Below, in pieces: positions 16,303 through 26,302 of a stretch of DNA of 64,000 bases. The translations under genes were made by a program, and so were the position numbers. Each line of letters opens with the position of its first letter. Within the stretch, counting starts at the first letter, position 1. Source of the stretch: Polyangiales bacterium (GTDB lineage: Bacteria; Myxococcota_A; Polyangia; Polyangiales; JADJQN01); NCBI GenBank assembly GCA_964202905.1, contig CAXNJO010000006.1:224001-288000 (forward strand), written 5' to 3'. The notes below the pieces were generated by a model. It did no database searches and was not told the origin of the DNA. It was given only the letters and a program-made list of their open reading frames with translations.

Positions 16303-17037
16303 GTGAGCTGGGTGAAGCAGGAACTCGTGCATGTACGAGAGCTCGTGGATGGCGGGCTCTTTAGGAGCCAGTCGGAGGCGATCCGGGAGCTGCGAAAAGC
16401 GGGGGTTCCGCTGGTCGGACCCGTCTTCGCGAGGGAGGAACTGCACCGAGTCCTGCGCGCGGCGAAGCCCACAGAAAGTGTTTCGGACGAGCATGACCCC
16501 GTCGCGGTAGTCGCTCGTCGCTTGGAGAACTTTCAGATCGGCATCACCGACGTCACGCGCGGCAAGGCCCCGCTGGTTCGGCTCACCGCCGACCCGCCCC
16601 GCTTCGTGATCGACATCCTGAACGTGCCGGGGAAGCCGCTCCGCATCGGCCTCGGCGATGCCCGGCCATGGGCCCGTGTGTACGCCGCCAAGACGAGGCG
16701 ACGCGGCGTCGCGCAGTTCAGCGCGAACGGGTTCCTCGAACCGAACGCCGCCGCCGTCTTCTTCTTTGTACTCGTGGACGAGGGGCAGGTGTGGATGCTT
16801 CGTCGCGAGGATCTCGTGCAGCTCGATCACGAGGTGCGCTCCGTCCCGAAGGGGCAACGAGCGATCAAGGCGGCTGAGACCGGGATGGCCAAACACGGAG
16901 ACGAGCCGGGTTCCATGCGGCTGTGGTTTCCGCGAGGCGAGTCTCGGGATCTCTTTCATCCGGCGGAGCGGATCGCCAACGAGCACATGTGCCTCCAACA
17001 CGACGGTGTCTGGGTGGTTGCGAGGGAATCCACATGA
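16303..17037 (+). CDS. Hypothetical DNA-binding protein (N-terminal helical motif; possible degenerate PD-(D/E)xK-like fold)
   Basis: LVDGGLFRSQSEAIREL; AVFFFVLVDEGQVWML. Start uncertain; ATGA-coupled to the next gene. Confidence 0.5.
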   Translation: MSWVKQELVHVRELVDGGLFRSQSEAIRELRKAGVPLVGPVFAREELHRVLRAAKPTESVSDEHDPVAVVARRLENFQIGITDVTRGKAPLVRLTADPPRFVIDILNVPGKPLRIGLGDARPWARVYAAKTRRRGVAQFSANGFLEPNAAAVFFFVLVDEGQVWMLRREDLVQLDHEVRSVPKGQRAIKAAETGMAKHGDEPGSMRLWFPRGESRDLFHPAERIANEHMCLQHDGVWVVAREST

Positions 17038-17417
17038 CGGAGGCCGAGCGAATCACCTCGGCGCATCGCGGGGGGACGCTGTTCCTCTCCCGTGGCGGCG
17101 TGACGCTCAGCAAGTCGATCTCCGCGGACGACCCGGCCGGCGCGATCGTAGACGCCGCCCGCATGCTCGACGTCCTCTCGCCCACGCGGCACCTGACGCC
17201 GGTCCGGCTCATCGTCGGCATGGGCAACGCCTCGGCGCAGTTCGATGCGACGTGGCGGGCTGACGAGACCCTCGGGACGCTCGACGTCGTGCGTCGTGGC
17301 TACTTCGCTCCGAAGCTCGTGCGGACGGAGAACGGCGAGCTGACGCCTCCGATCCGCAACCTCATCGAGCGCATCGCTGACCTCATCCTCGGCGCCTCAC
17401 CTTCGCGTACGATCTGA
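17034..17417 (+). CDS. Hypothetical protein coupled to the recombinase
   Basis: ATGA overlap upstream and TGATG overlap with the LSR start. Confidence 0.55.
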   Translation: MTEAERITSAHRGGTLFLSRGGVTLSKSISADDPAGAIVDAARMLDVLSPTRHLTPVRLIVGMGNASAQFDATWRADETLGTLDVVRRGYFAPKLVRTENGELTPPIRNLIERIADLILGASPSRTI

Positions 17418-19173
17418 TGGCGGTGCGTAAGAACCAGAGCGAGCCCCGGCGGTGGGCGATCTACGCACGCAAGAGTACCGACGAGCAGCTGGCGTCGACC
17501 GAGACACAGATCCGCGAAGCTCGTGCGGCGATCGAACGACGCGGTGGGGTCGTCGCGGACGAGCACATCTTCATCGACGACGCGAAGTCCCGCGCCGAGT
17601 TCAAGAACCGGCCTGCGCTCTGGAAGATGATGGCCGGCGCCTCGGCGTCGGAGTTCGAGGCGCTGATGGTGCGCGACGAGACGCGGCTCGGCGGGGACAT
17701 GCATCGCACCGGCCTCTTGATGCAGGACCTGCTCGAGGCCGGCGTCAGGTTGTTCTTCTACAGCACCGGCGAGGAGGTGCTGCTCGACAACCCGACGCAG
17801 AAGCTCATCGCCACCATCAAGAACTACGGCAGCGAGATCGAGAGGGAGCGCGTGTCCTCGCGCGTGTACGAGCACCTCAAGGGCAAGGCGGAGCGACGCT
17901 GCAATCCCGGTGGCGCCGTGTTCGGCTACACGAACCGGCAGGTTCATGGTGTCGGCGCAGACGGGCGACCGGTGAAGGTGCGCACGGAGTACGAGGTGAA
18001 CGTCGTCGAGGCCGCCGTCGTCGTGCGCATGTTCACGCTGTACGCCGAGGGGAGAGGCCTTCGGTCGATCGCGAGGACGCTCAACGCGGACGGAGTGCCG
18101 TCGCCGCGAGCAGGCCGGCGCGGAACGGGGTCGTGGAGCCCTTCGACGGTGCGCTCGATGCTCACGAACCAGCGGTACCGCGGCTTCGTCCCGTGGAACA
18201 AGACCCAGAAGACGTACAAGGGCGGCACGAAGGTGCGCATCGAGCGCGACCCGGACGAGTGGATGCTCGTGCCCGCACCTGAGCTGCGGATCGTGAGCGA
18301 CGAGCTCTTCGTCGCAGCGGCAGCCCGCCGGCCTGGTCGTGCCCTGGCCAGCGGTGGCAAGCGTGTCGGACGCCCGCCTCAGTTCCTGCTGAGCGGGATC
18401 GCTCGCTGCGGGCAGTGCTCCGGCTCCATCCAGATCGTGCACACCAAGGACGGGCACGAGACCGTGCGCGCTTACGCGTGCAGCTACCACCGCAACCGAG
18501 GGCCCGAGGCGTGCTCGAACGGCCGCCGCCGTCCGATGACCACCGTCGACAGCGCCGTGACCAACTTCCTGATGAACGAGATCACCCACCACGGGCTGCT
18601 CGAGGAGATCATGGACGTGATCAAGCGTCGCCTCGTCGCCCGCCACGAGAAGCCCGGGCGTCGCGACCGGGCCACGCTGGAGGCCGACGGCGAGCAGCTC
18701 CGAGCGGAGATCGCCCGCCTGACCGATGTGCTCACGGTTGCGGGGTCGGCGGCGGAGCCGGTGCTCGAGGGGATCCGTCAGCGGCAAGTGCGCTTGGCGG
18801 CTGTCACGGTCGAGCTCGCTGCGTTGCCCGTGGTGAAGGGCGCGGACGTGATCTCCCTTGAGCTCAAGCGCGCCGAGCGGGAGGCGAAGCAGAACCTCGC
18901 CTCGATGGCGGAGCACATGAAGGCCGACACCGCCGCCGCACGGGCCGTCGTCGCCGGGCTCTTCCCGGATGGCATCCGGGCCTCACCGACCGAAGACGAC
19001 GACGGGCGCCCCCGCTGGCGCCTGGCGGCGCGCGGGCCGTCTTCGGGCCGGCGTCTTTCACGGACGCCGGAGTCACAAATGTAGCGTCCCTAAGCTCTCC
19101 GAGTTGGAACCAAATCGCCGCCTGGGTGGGCGAACTCGAACAGCTGCGGCAGATCGTGAATGCGGCCGCGTAG
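17417..19173 (+). CDS. Large serine recombinase A (probable frameshift ~19035; ORF as given stops at 19084)
   Basis: IYARKST catalytic motif, recombinase domain, Zn-ribbon CGQC...YACS...CS. The alternative frame continues ...TNVASLSSPSWNQIAAW...* across the att core. Confidence 0.85.
19079..19090. repeat. att core direct repeat ATGTAGCGTCCC (copy 1, A/B junction)
   Basis: Identical to 29144-29155 at the tRNA-Glu 3' end; both copies lie at the end of an LSR gene. Confidence 0.8.
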
Positions 19174-19328
19174 CGCCGGATCGTGTTGCTCTCGGTAGCG
19201 CCGTGGGCTCCATCCCCAAGGGATTGGAACCAGGGGGGAGAGACAGAAGCGAAGGGGCAAAGGACACGAGAACAAAGGTCCGCCGAACAACTCCAACCAC
19301 GGCGCGCGTCAGGGCGTAGGCTGAGTGC

Positions 19329-19582
19329 GTGGCGAACCGCTCAACAGAGATCGGACGGATCATGCGCGCCGGCGACACCATCCTCGCCCGCCAGATGATC
19401 CGCCGCGCGATCGAAGCGAGCCGCGGGAACTACGTGCGACCGCGCGCCTCCTCGGCGTCAGCAACGACACGGTCGAGCGACTCGTGCTCCGGCTCGCGCT
19501 TGAGAACGATCTCGATGCGGCTCGCCGCGAGGCTGCTTGGTGGCGGTACTCGCCGCGGAGCCAGGCGCGTCTACTCGAGTAG
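19329..19582 (+). CDS. Fis-type HTH protein, apparent frameshift ~19433
   Basis: IRRAIEASRGNY (19329 frame) joined to RATARLLGVSNDTVERL (19325 frame) reconstitutes a Fis-like HTH. Confidence 0.55.
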
Positions 19583-19584
19583 AC
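19569..19584. promoter_or_regulatory. Perfect 16-bp palindrome GTCTACTCGAGTAGAC, copy 1
   Basis: Seen directly; identical copy at 22967-22982. Confidence 0.6.
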
Positions 19585-19710
19585 ACACTCCGCATGCACG
19601 CGCCCGAGATTCCCGCCGCGGCAATCTACGAAGCGCCGCATAGCCGAGCCAGGGTTCCCTTCGCGCCCGGCGCGGCCCACCTCGAAACCACTTCGCGGTA
19701 CCCTACGGCG

Positions 19711-20520
19711 ATGCGATCTCGTACGAAGTCACCCGCTCCACGTCGCTCCACCGGCGCTCCCAAAGTGTTCTCCACGGACGAGTACGAGATCGCGCGGCGC
19801 GCCTACTTGGAGCACGGCACGATCGAGGCGGTCGCCCGCGCTCTTGCCTGTGACCGTCGCGGCGCCGCGCGACTTGTCGATGCTGGGGAGCCTGCGCTCC
19901 ACCTCCCGTCCCTGAGGGACGCGGCGCGCATCTACGCGTCCACCGTGACCGCGGTCGTTGGCAGGGCCGAGAGTGCGACGAGGACCGAGGAGAGCGCTCA
20001 GCTCGTCCTCACCCTCGAAGCGCGAGCCAAGGCGGCAAAGCAGGCGAGGAAGCACGAGGAGCAAGTTCTCGGCGACGCGACCAAATCGAGAGCGGACGAG
20101 GTGCGCCTCGTGAGGGCGAATCGGATCTCCGCCCTCGTGCTCGCCCAGGTGAACGCGGACCTCCTCAAGCTAAGCACGGGGCTGGCTCGTTCTCTGCTCG
20201 CCGACGAGGAGACGCTGACGAAGCTCAGCGCGGAGAAGCGGCTGGGGATCCTCCGGACCGTAGCGGGCATCGTTCAGCGAACGGCGGACGCGTCGAGGAT
20301 CTCGGTCAACATGGAGCGCCTACTCCTGGGTGAGCCTACCGCCATCCTCGGGAGGGACGGGCCGTCGACGGCCGAGATGAGCGTCGACGAGGCGGAGCAG
20401 TGGCTTGGGATCGCGAACCGCGCCTTCCAACGCAGAGCCGCGCGCCAGGCGCCGATCGAGACCGACAGCGCGCCCGTTCAATCCGACGAGGATGCGGACC
20501 TCACGGAGGCGCTGGGCTGA
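19711..20520 (+). CDS. HTH + helical protein, terminase small subunit-like
   Basis: N-terminal HTH (YLEHGTIEAVARALAC), long helical region, ERLLLGEPT motif. Confidence 0.45.
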   Translation: MRSRTKSPAPRRSTGAPKVFSTDEYEIARRAYLEHGTIEAVARALACDRRGAARLVDAGEPALHLPSLRDAARIYASTVTAVVGRAESATRTEESAQLVLTLEARAKAAKQARKHEEQVLGDATKSRADEVRLVRANRISALVLAQVNADLLKLSTGLARSLLADEETLTKLSAEKRLGILRTVAGIVQRTADASRISVNMERLLLGEPTAILGRDGPSTAEMSVDEAEQWLGIANRAFQRRAARQAPIETDSAPVQSDEDADLTEALG

Positions 20521-20548
20521 GCTGCCTCGAACCCGACCGCAGCGTAGG

Positions 20549-21178
20549 ATGGCGCCCATGGCCAAGGCTCGCACCGACGTGCCGCGCGCGACGAGCGACA
20601 ACCTGCTCCATGCGAGCCGTCACACATGTTGCCGCTGTCACGAGCCGCGGCTCCCGGTCGAGATCCACCACATCAACGGTGATCCCAGCGACCATCGTCC
20701 GCCGAACCTCGCGGTCCTTTGCCGGAACTGCCACGGGCTCGTCACGGCGAAGGGCTCGCTCGGCCGCTCGATCTCGCCCGGCGAGGTGAAACGCAGCAAG
20801 GCCGAGTGGGAGGCAGCGTGCGCGGCGGACGCCGACGAGATCGACGAGCCCGAAGAAGAAGCCCACGACATCGTGCGCGTACCGTCCGGCGGCTGGCACG
20901 AGTGGATCTACCAGCTGCCGGAGGGATACCGGCTCGTCGTCGGTTTCGATTCGGACGTGGCGCTGAACGCGCGCATCGCGCGGCAGAGCGACTACCGCCG
21001 GTGGTGCGCGGACGACCCGGATGCGGTGTGCGAGGTGTTCGAAGAGGAAATCTACGCGGGCGAGTTGGAGCACGCGGCAGACCGCGACAACCGCTACGTC
21101 TTCTGGCTGGAGAACGACGACGACGAGGACGCGATCGTCGAGGTAGACATCGCGGTGTGGGCACCGGCAGGCGAGTGA
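20549..21178 (+). CDS. HNH endonuclease with acidic C-terminal beta-rich domain
   Basis: CCRC...EIHHINGDPSDHRPPNLAVLCRNCH. Confidence 0.8.
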   Translation: MAPMAKARTDVPRATSDNLLHASRHTCCRCHEPRLPVEIHHINGDPSDHRPPNLAVLCRNCHGLVTAKGSLGRSISPGEVKRSKAEWEAACAADADEIDEPEEEAHDIVRVPSGGWHEWIYQLPEGYRLVVGFDSDVALNARIARQSDYRRWCADDPDAVCEVFEEEIYAGELEHAADRDNRYVFWLENDDDEDAIVEVDIAVWAPAGE

Positions 21179-21212
21179 ACGCCATGCGCAGCGGTGGGAC
21201 GCCGAGCCCTCT

Positions 21213-21835
21213 TCAGCGCGTGACTCGGCTCGCCCGGTCGTAGTCCCGCAGGGTCGCCGCCGCGCGGTCGCATGCGCCGACGTTCTCAGCGCACGTCACG
21301 CAGAGCGCTACGTCGCCGCCCGCGCCGCGAAGGAGCAGCGTGTGGAACTGCCGGACGTCCGCGAGTTCCTCTGCGCGCGCCTCCGCGGCGTGAACCCGCG
21401 TGAGCAGTTCGCGCATCCGGTCGCCGCATGCGCGGAGCCGTTCGAGGTCGTCTGTGCGCCGCAGGCTCTCCAGGGCCCGTCCCGCGCGCACGAGCTCGCC
21501 GAACTCGCGCCGAAGTTCAGCGCGGCTAACCACGGCGTTGCGCTCGCGCGCGGCGCTGCGCTGCAGCATCCTCGGGCGGGCTGTTATCGAGCGCTCCGGA
21601 GTTCGCGCCGCTGATGGTGGACGGTGTGGTTGGCTTCGATGCGGTCGCAGGCGCCAGCTTCGGGGCCGAGCGAGTCGAGGACGACGCGCCGCGGTCGAAG
21701 ATACTCGCGAGCATCTCGAGCCCGCAGCACGCCTCCGAACGCGACTACGAAGAGCAGCGCGCAGCCACCCCAGACGATCACTCCGAAGCGCCCGACGCGG
21801 CGCCCGCTTCGCTGAACCTCGTTGAAGTACGACAC
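21213..21835 (-). CDS. Membrane-anchored hypothetical protein, two apparent frameshifts
   Basis: TM segment (21584 frame), Ser/Thr/Pro linker (21526 frame), helical Cys-containing domain (21213 frame). Confidence 0.4.
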
Positions 21836-21837
21836 GA

Positions 21838-22602
21838 CTAGGCCGGCGTGAGGCGGACACCGATCGCGTGTCCACACGTCGTGCGCGTTAGCGCGCGGAT
21901 GGCTCCGACGCGCACGGAGACGGTGGCCGGGCTCGTCATGCATCCCACATCAACGCTGACGGCGAACACGTGTCTGCCGATGCACGTGGCGCCGCTCCGC
22001 GTCACGCCGCCGCCAGAGCCTCCCGTGCAGGACACGAGTCCACCGCTGCAGGTCACGCGGACCTCGACGACGCTGTCCGCGTCGCTCTCCCAGGCGAAGA
22101 CGCGGACGCCTCCGGCGAATCCGACTGTGCCGGGTCCTGCCGAGATCCAGTCCGCCGTGTCGGCGTCGCTCCACGTCATCGGGTAGGACGTCTCCGGCCA
22201 GCCCGCGCCGATCGCTGCGACCGCCGCAGTCTCGGGCGTGTCGTTGCTCTCGAAGACGTCAGCGACGCAGCCCGCGTCGGCCAGAGGGCCGAGGTCAGGC
22301 GGCGACGATGGACCGGCGTCCGTAGCGGAGAAGCCAGCATCGACGAGCGTAGGGCCCGCGTCGGTCCAGGAACCGGCGTCTATGGTCGAACCAGCGTCGT
22401 CGAAGAATCCGCCGTCGCGATCACGGCCGATGTCGGTCCGATCGCCGGCGTCGACGATGCTCGCCGCGTCCGCGCTGGCGTCGAGCGCCGGTCCCGCGTC
22501 GTCCGACGGGGTGGCGTCCGCGGGGGTCGAGCAGCCGAGCGTTTGAACCAAGAGACTGGTGACGAGCGCGAGCACGACCAAGCGGGGAGTGTGTCGGTCC
22601 AT
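21838..22602 (-). CDS. Myxobacterial-type lipoprotein with DAG repeats
   Basis: Signal peptide with TLGC lipobox, many DAG motifs, DVFESND motif, Cys-containing C-terminal domain. Confidence 0.7.
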   Translation of the reverse strand: MDRHTPRLVVLALVTSLLVQTLGCSTPADATPSDDAGPALDASADAASIVDAGDRTDIGRDRDGGFFDDAGSTIDAGSWTDAGPTLVDAGFSATDAGPSSPPDLGPLADAGCVADVFESNDTPETAAVAAIGAGWPETSYPMTWSDADTADWISAGPGTVGFAGGVRVFAWESDADSVVEVRVTCSGGLVSCTGGSGGGVTRSGATCIGRHVFAVSVDVGCMTSPATVSVRVGAIRALTRTTCGHAIGVRLTPA

Positions 22603-22666
22603 GCGTCGGAGCATACCCGGCCTATAAGGCGTGTTACCAGCCGACGCAGGTGCCTAGGGTCTCGGC

Positions 22667-22897
22667 GTGCCACGCCGCCCGCCGCCCCGCCTTCGAGACC
22701 GCCTCGCGGCCGCGGTGAAGCGCCTCCGCGCCGCGCGCAGCCTGACGCAGGAAGGGCTCGCCGAGGCTGCCGATCTCAACGCGCGACACCTCCAGAAGAT
22801 CGAAGTCGGAGCGATGAACGTGACGCTCGACACCCTGGAGAAGCTCGGCGGCGCTCTCGATGTCGACCCCGCCACGTTGATCGCCCGCGATCCGTAG
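22667..22897 (+). CDS. XRE-family HTH regulator
   Basis: VKRLRAARSLTQEGLAEAADLNARHLQKIEVG.MNVTLDTLEKL. Confidence 0.85.
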   Translation: MPRRPPPRLRDRLAAAVKRLRAARSLTQEGLAEAADLNARHLQKIEVGAMNVTLDTLEKLGGALDVDPATLIARDP

Positions 22898-22965
22898 CCC
22901 TCCGGCGAACCCGGTTGGCCGTGAAGCGTCCCCGCACTGACTGACACCAGCCGCCGAGATCGGAA

Positions 22966-22983
22966 TGTCTACTCGAGTAGACA
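22966..22983. promoter_or_regulatory. Palindrome TGTCTACTCGAGTAGACA, copy 2
   Basis: Seen directly. Confidence 0.6.
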
Positions 22984-23219
22984 GTGTCCTCGGGACGGTT
23001 TCGAGAGCCCCGTCGTACACAGCGGGAGCCCGCCGTGTACGAGCCCCGTTCTCTGGGAGCGGGAACGCGATCGCTTCGCGATGTCGAGCGCGGCGTTTCG
23101 ACCGTGCCCGCTTCCAGGGACAGCACGGGCGATGTTGCCCCGGACGCGAGCGGCATGGCGGGGCGCGATGCCCCCGCCGCGTCTGGTCGCGTGTGCTCGT
23201 GGAGGCGTGATCGCCAGAG

Positions 23220-26069
23220 CTACGGCACCTTGCGACCCTTCGGCTTCTTGCTCTTCTTGGCGGAAGGAGCGCCGCCTCCGAGAACAAGCTGCGCGCTCGT
23301 CAGGGTTCTGTAGAGCGCGAACAAGTACTCGACGCGCTCGCGGTCACTCGTGAACTTCGCCCCGCGGTAACACTTCTCGACGGCCTTATCGAGCGCCGCG
23401 TGTGCTTTCACGAGACGCGCGGGCATCGCGAGCGGGTCATAGAGTTCAGCGAGTGTGCTGCTCGGAAAGGCCGCTCGCGCGTCGAGAACCTCCTGCGAGC
23501 AGGCTCCGACCTTGGCGCGCTTCGCGGCGTCGACCTCGGTTGGCCACGGGAAGTTGTTGTAGACGATCCCCACGGAGTACCGATAGCGCGATTCGAGGCG
23601 CCCGCAGACGGTACGCACCCACGCCATGTGCATCGTCGACGTGAGAACGCCGAACTCGTAGAGCGAAGCGTTTGCCAGGACGTACACTTGGTTGGAGGGA
23701 ACGACGGAGGGAGGGAGATACGCGATCGGGATGAACCGCCGCAGCTCCAGCGATGTCGTCGGTATTGCGAGGAAACTGCTGGTCGGCTGCCGGATCTCCG
23801 CGAATCGAGCGGGGGTCTTCGCGAGTTCTTGAGTCGTCTCTCGACCGCGCTTCGCACGCCAGTCACGCACCGCTTTCACGCGCTTGTTGACCGCCGTGAG
23901 CTTGGCCAGATCGCCCGGCGGGGCGTCGACGAGCCAAAGACACCAGCGGTCAATGTTGTGAAGCAGCTCATTGCCTCCGATGAAGCGCCGAATGTACTTA
24001 GCCGCGGCTGGGCTCTCCGCGAGGATGCTGGCGCGATCCTCGGCGTCGAGTGTGTAGTGCCCACCGTCCAGCGCGAAGGAGCCGTACTTGAGTGTCGGCG
24101 CGCGCCCGATCGGTGTCCCTCGGTCGTGTAAGAGGACCGGAGGGCCCTCAACGAGATACTCGTTGATCTCCTTCACGCGGACGTGCCGCGACGCCTCCTC
24201 CTTCGGATCGTCGTAGTCGTAGAGCGTCGGCTTGTCCGCGGGCTCGAACCGTCCGAAGCCGATGATCACGCAGTGTACGTGCGCCTTGCCCCGAGCTTCG
24301 CTCGCCCAGGTGAATGACCTATGCGCGAACTGGATGCGAAGCCCGTCGCCGAACAGCTTCTCGAAGAGGACGCCGGGCTGTTCGCCTTGGGTGATGCTGC
24401 TCGTCGACACGAACGCCACCCGAATCTGCGAACCTCGGATGTAGTCCAGCGCCTTCGCGTACCAGGCGGACACGTAGTCAAGGATGCCGGAGCCCTTCAA
24501 CGGCTTGCCTTTCACGTCAGCGAAGATCGCCGTCAGCTCGGCCTTCTGCTCCTTCGTTTGTTCCTTCTTCCCGACGAAGGGTGGGTTGCCCAGGACAAAC
24601 ACCGAGTTGGATGGCGGCAGGACGGTGCGCCAGTCCGTTCGAAGTGCGTTGGCGTTTCGGATCGTGGGCGTCGCCCTCAAGGGCAGCCGCTTTCCAGGCA
24701 GACCGAATGCCTCGCCCAGCAGACGATTGGCCTGGTGATCGGCGAGCCAGAGGCCGACCTCGGCGATCCGGCAAGGCCACTCGTTGAGTTCGATGCCGTA
24801 GAACTGATCGACGTCCACCTTGCTCAGCTCGCGGACGTCCAAGAACAACGTCTGCGGTTCGTCCTGACGAAGCGCCACGAGCATCTCCTGCTCGATTCGA
24901 CGGAGTTCTCGATACGCGAGGATGAGGAAGTTGCCGCAGCCGCACGCGGGATCGAAGACGCGAATCTGTCGCAGCTTCGCGTGGAACTCCTTCAGGCGCG
25001 CGGCGCGTCGCGTCGATCGATCCTCTTTCAGAGCCGCCAGCTCCTTCTCCAGGTCGTCCAGGAACAGACTGCGGAGCACCTTCAACACGTCCCGTTCGGA
25101 CGTGTAGTGCGCGCCGATTTGTCGTCGCTCCGGCCCGTCGAGGATGTCTTGGAAGAGGCTGCCGAAGACCGCCGGCGAAATACGCGCCCAGTGGAAGTAC
25201 GCACACTGGAGCAGCTTCTCGCGCTGGGCTGACGTGAACGCCGCGGTTGGGAGGGAGCCCTTGAACAGCGCACCGTTCACGTACTCGAACGCGGCGAGGT
25301 CCTCGTCGAGGTTGCGCTGACGGTCTTGGTGGTCCTGGTCGAGTACCTCGAACAACTGCCCGAGGTACATGCCGAGGTCGCTGCCGTCGGGGTTAGTCCG
25401 TTCGAGAAGCTCAGTGAACTGTCGAGGCTCGAAGATGAACGTGTCTTCGGCGAACAGGCAGAATAGGACCCGGACGAGGAAGCGCTCCAAGGCGGCGCCC
25501 GCGTAGCCCGCGTCCTTGAGTGAATCGTGAAGCTCGCAGAGCAGCGCCGTCGCTTCGAAGTTCGCTGGATCTTCCGGGTCGACCTTTTTCGGCTTGTCGC
25601 CTTTGATGAACGCGAACTGCCGGATTTCCTCGTGGAGCTTCCCGAGTGGGATCTCGCTGTACCGGTACTCCTCGTTCGGCCTTGGGTCGTCCGGCTCGAG
25701 GTCGTAGATGCCGAACCGCGTGAAGTCGGAAACGACGACGTAGCGCGGCATTTCCGCCTGCCGGCCCTCGCGCAGCAAGTCACGTAGGTAGTCGAACGCC
25801 TGAAGCTCTGCCTTGTCGAGCGACTGCCCAGCCGATTTGTGCTCGACGAGAAGCACAGACGGCCAGAACAGATCCAGGCGGCCGTACTTGCCGCGGACGT
25901 TCTTGAGAGGGTGCTCGAACGACGCGACTGTCCTCCGCCTCATTCCAAAGATCAGGAAGAACTCGTTCCAGAAGGTCTGCTTGTCCGCATCCTCCTTCTT
26001 CGCGTCTGCCCACTCATGTGAGAATTCCAGCGCGCGGTGTCGGATCTCGTTCCAGTTGATGGTGGTCAT
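23220..26069 (-). CDS. MmeI-family type IIL restriction-modification enzyme
   Basis: N-terminal RLDLFWP..LLVEHKS nuclease motif, GAHYTS, DPACGCGNFL, GNPPF, C-terminal RLESRYRYS..IVYNNFPWP...LAELYDP. Confidence 0.9.
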   Translation of the reverse strand: MTTINWNEIRHRALEFSHEWADAKKEDADKQTFWNEFFLIFGMRRRTVASFEHPLKNVRGKYGRLDLFWPSVLLVEHKSAGQSLDKAELQAFDYLRDLLREGRQAEMPRYVVVSDFTRFGIYDLEPDDPRPNEEYRYSEIPLGKLHEEIRQFAFIKGDKPKKVDPEDPANFEATALLCELHDSLKDAGYAGAALERFLVRVLFCLFAEDTFIFEPRQFTELLERTNPDGSDLGMYLGQLFEVLDQDHQDRQRNLDEDLAAFEYVNGALFKGSLPTAAFTSAQREKLLQCAYFHWARISPAVFGSLFQDILDGPERRQIGAHYTSERDVLKVLRSLFLDDLEKELAALKEDRSTRRAARLKEFHAKLRQIRVFDPACGCGNFLILAYRELRRIEQEMLVALRQDEPQTLFLDVRELSKVDVDQFYGIELNEWPCRIAEVGLWLADHQANRLLGEAFGLPGKRLPLRATPTIRNANALRTDWRTVLPPSNSVFVLGNPPFVGKKEQTKEQKAELTAIFADVKGKPLKGSGILDYVSAWYAKALDYIRGSQIRVAFVSTSSITQGEQPGVLFEKLFGDGLRIQFAHRSFTWASEARGKAHVHCVIIGFGRFEPADKPTLYDYDDPKEEASRHVRVKEINEYLVEGPPVLLHDRGTPIGRAPTLKYGSFALDGGHYTLDAEDRASILAESPAAAKYIRRFIGGNELLHNIDRWCLWLVDAPPGDLAKLTAVNKRVKAVRDWRAKRGRETTQELAKTPARFAEIRQPTSSFLAIPTTSLELRRFIPIAYLPPSVVPSNQVYVLANASLYEFGVLTSTMHMAWVRTVCGRLESRYRYSVGIVYNNFPWPTEVDAAKRAKVGACSQEVLDARAAFPSSTLAELYDPLAMPARLVKAHAALDKAVEKCYRGAKFTSDRERVEYLFALYRTLTSAQLVLGGGAPSAKKSKKPKGRKVP

Positions 26070-26282
26070 GGTGCGGGGGCGCCAGGCTACCACGGTCGTT
26101 CCGCGTGGAGCGCCGTCGCACGCCCGGTCATTCGAGGCCCGGAGAGTCAGCATGTGCGGCGTATCGGACGGGACGGCCGACGGTTGTGCTCGGGTAGGGG
26201 GGTGGGCGAAAGCTCCGTGCGTGAGCACGGTTCGCGGCCGCTTCTCCCCCCGCGCGACTTTCGGGTGGCCCCCACAGTTCAT

Positions 26283-26302
26283 ATGGTATACACGTATACC
26301 AT
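26283..26302. promoter_or_regulatory. Inverted repeat ATGGTATAC-AC-GTATACCAT overlapping the resolvase start
   Basis: Perfect 9-bp AT-rich arms in a GC-rich background. Confidence 0.6.

Noticed and set aside
14722..17001. 759-aa RT as given in the ORF track
   Set aside because: The upstream 320 codons overlap the RHH and the antisense of a plus-strand gene. The RBS and GTG at 16041 give a better start.
22925..22933. AGCGTCCCC partial match to the att core
   Set aside because: Only 9 bp in GC-rich DNA, with no adjacent integrase end or tail; could be chance.
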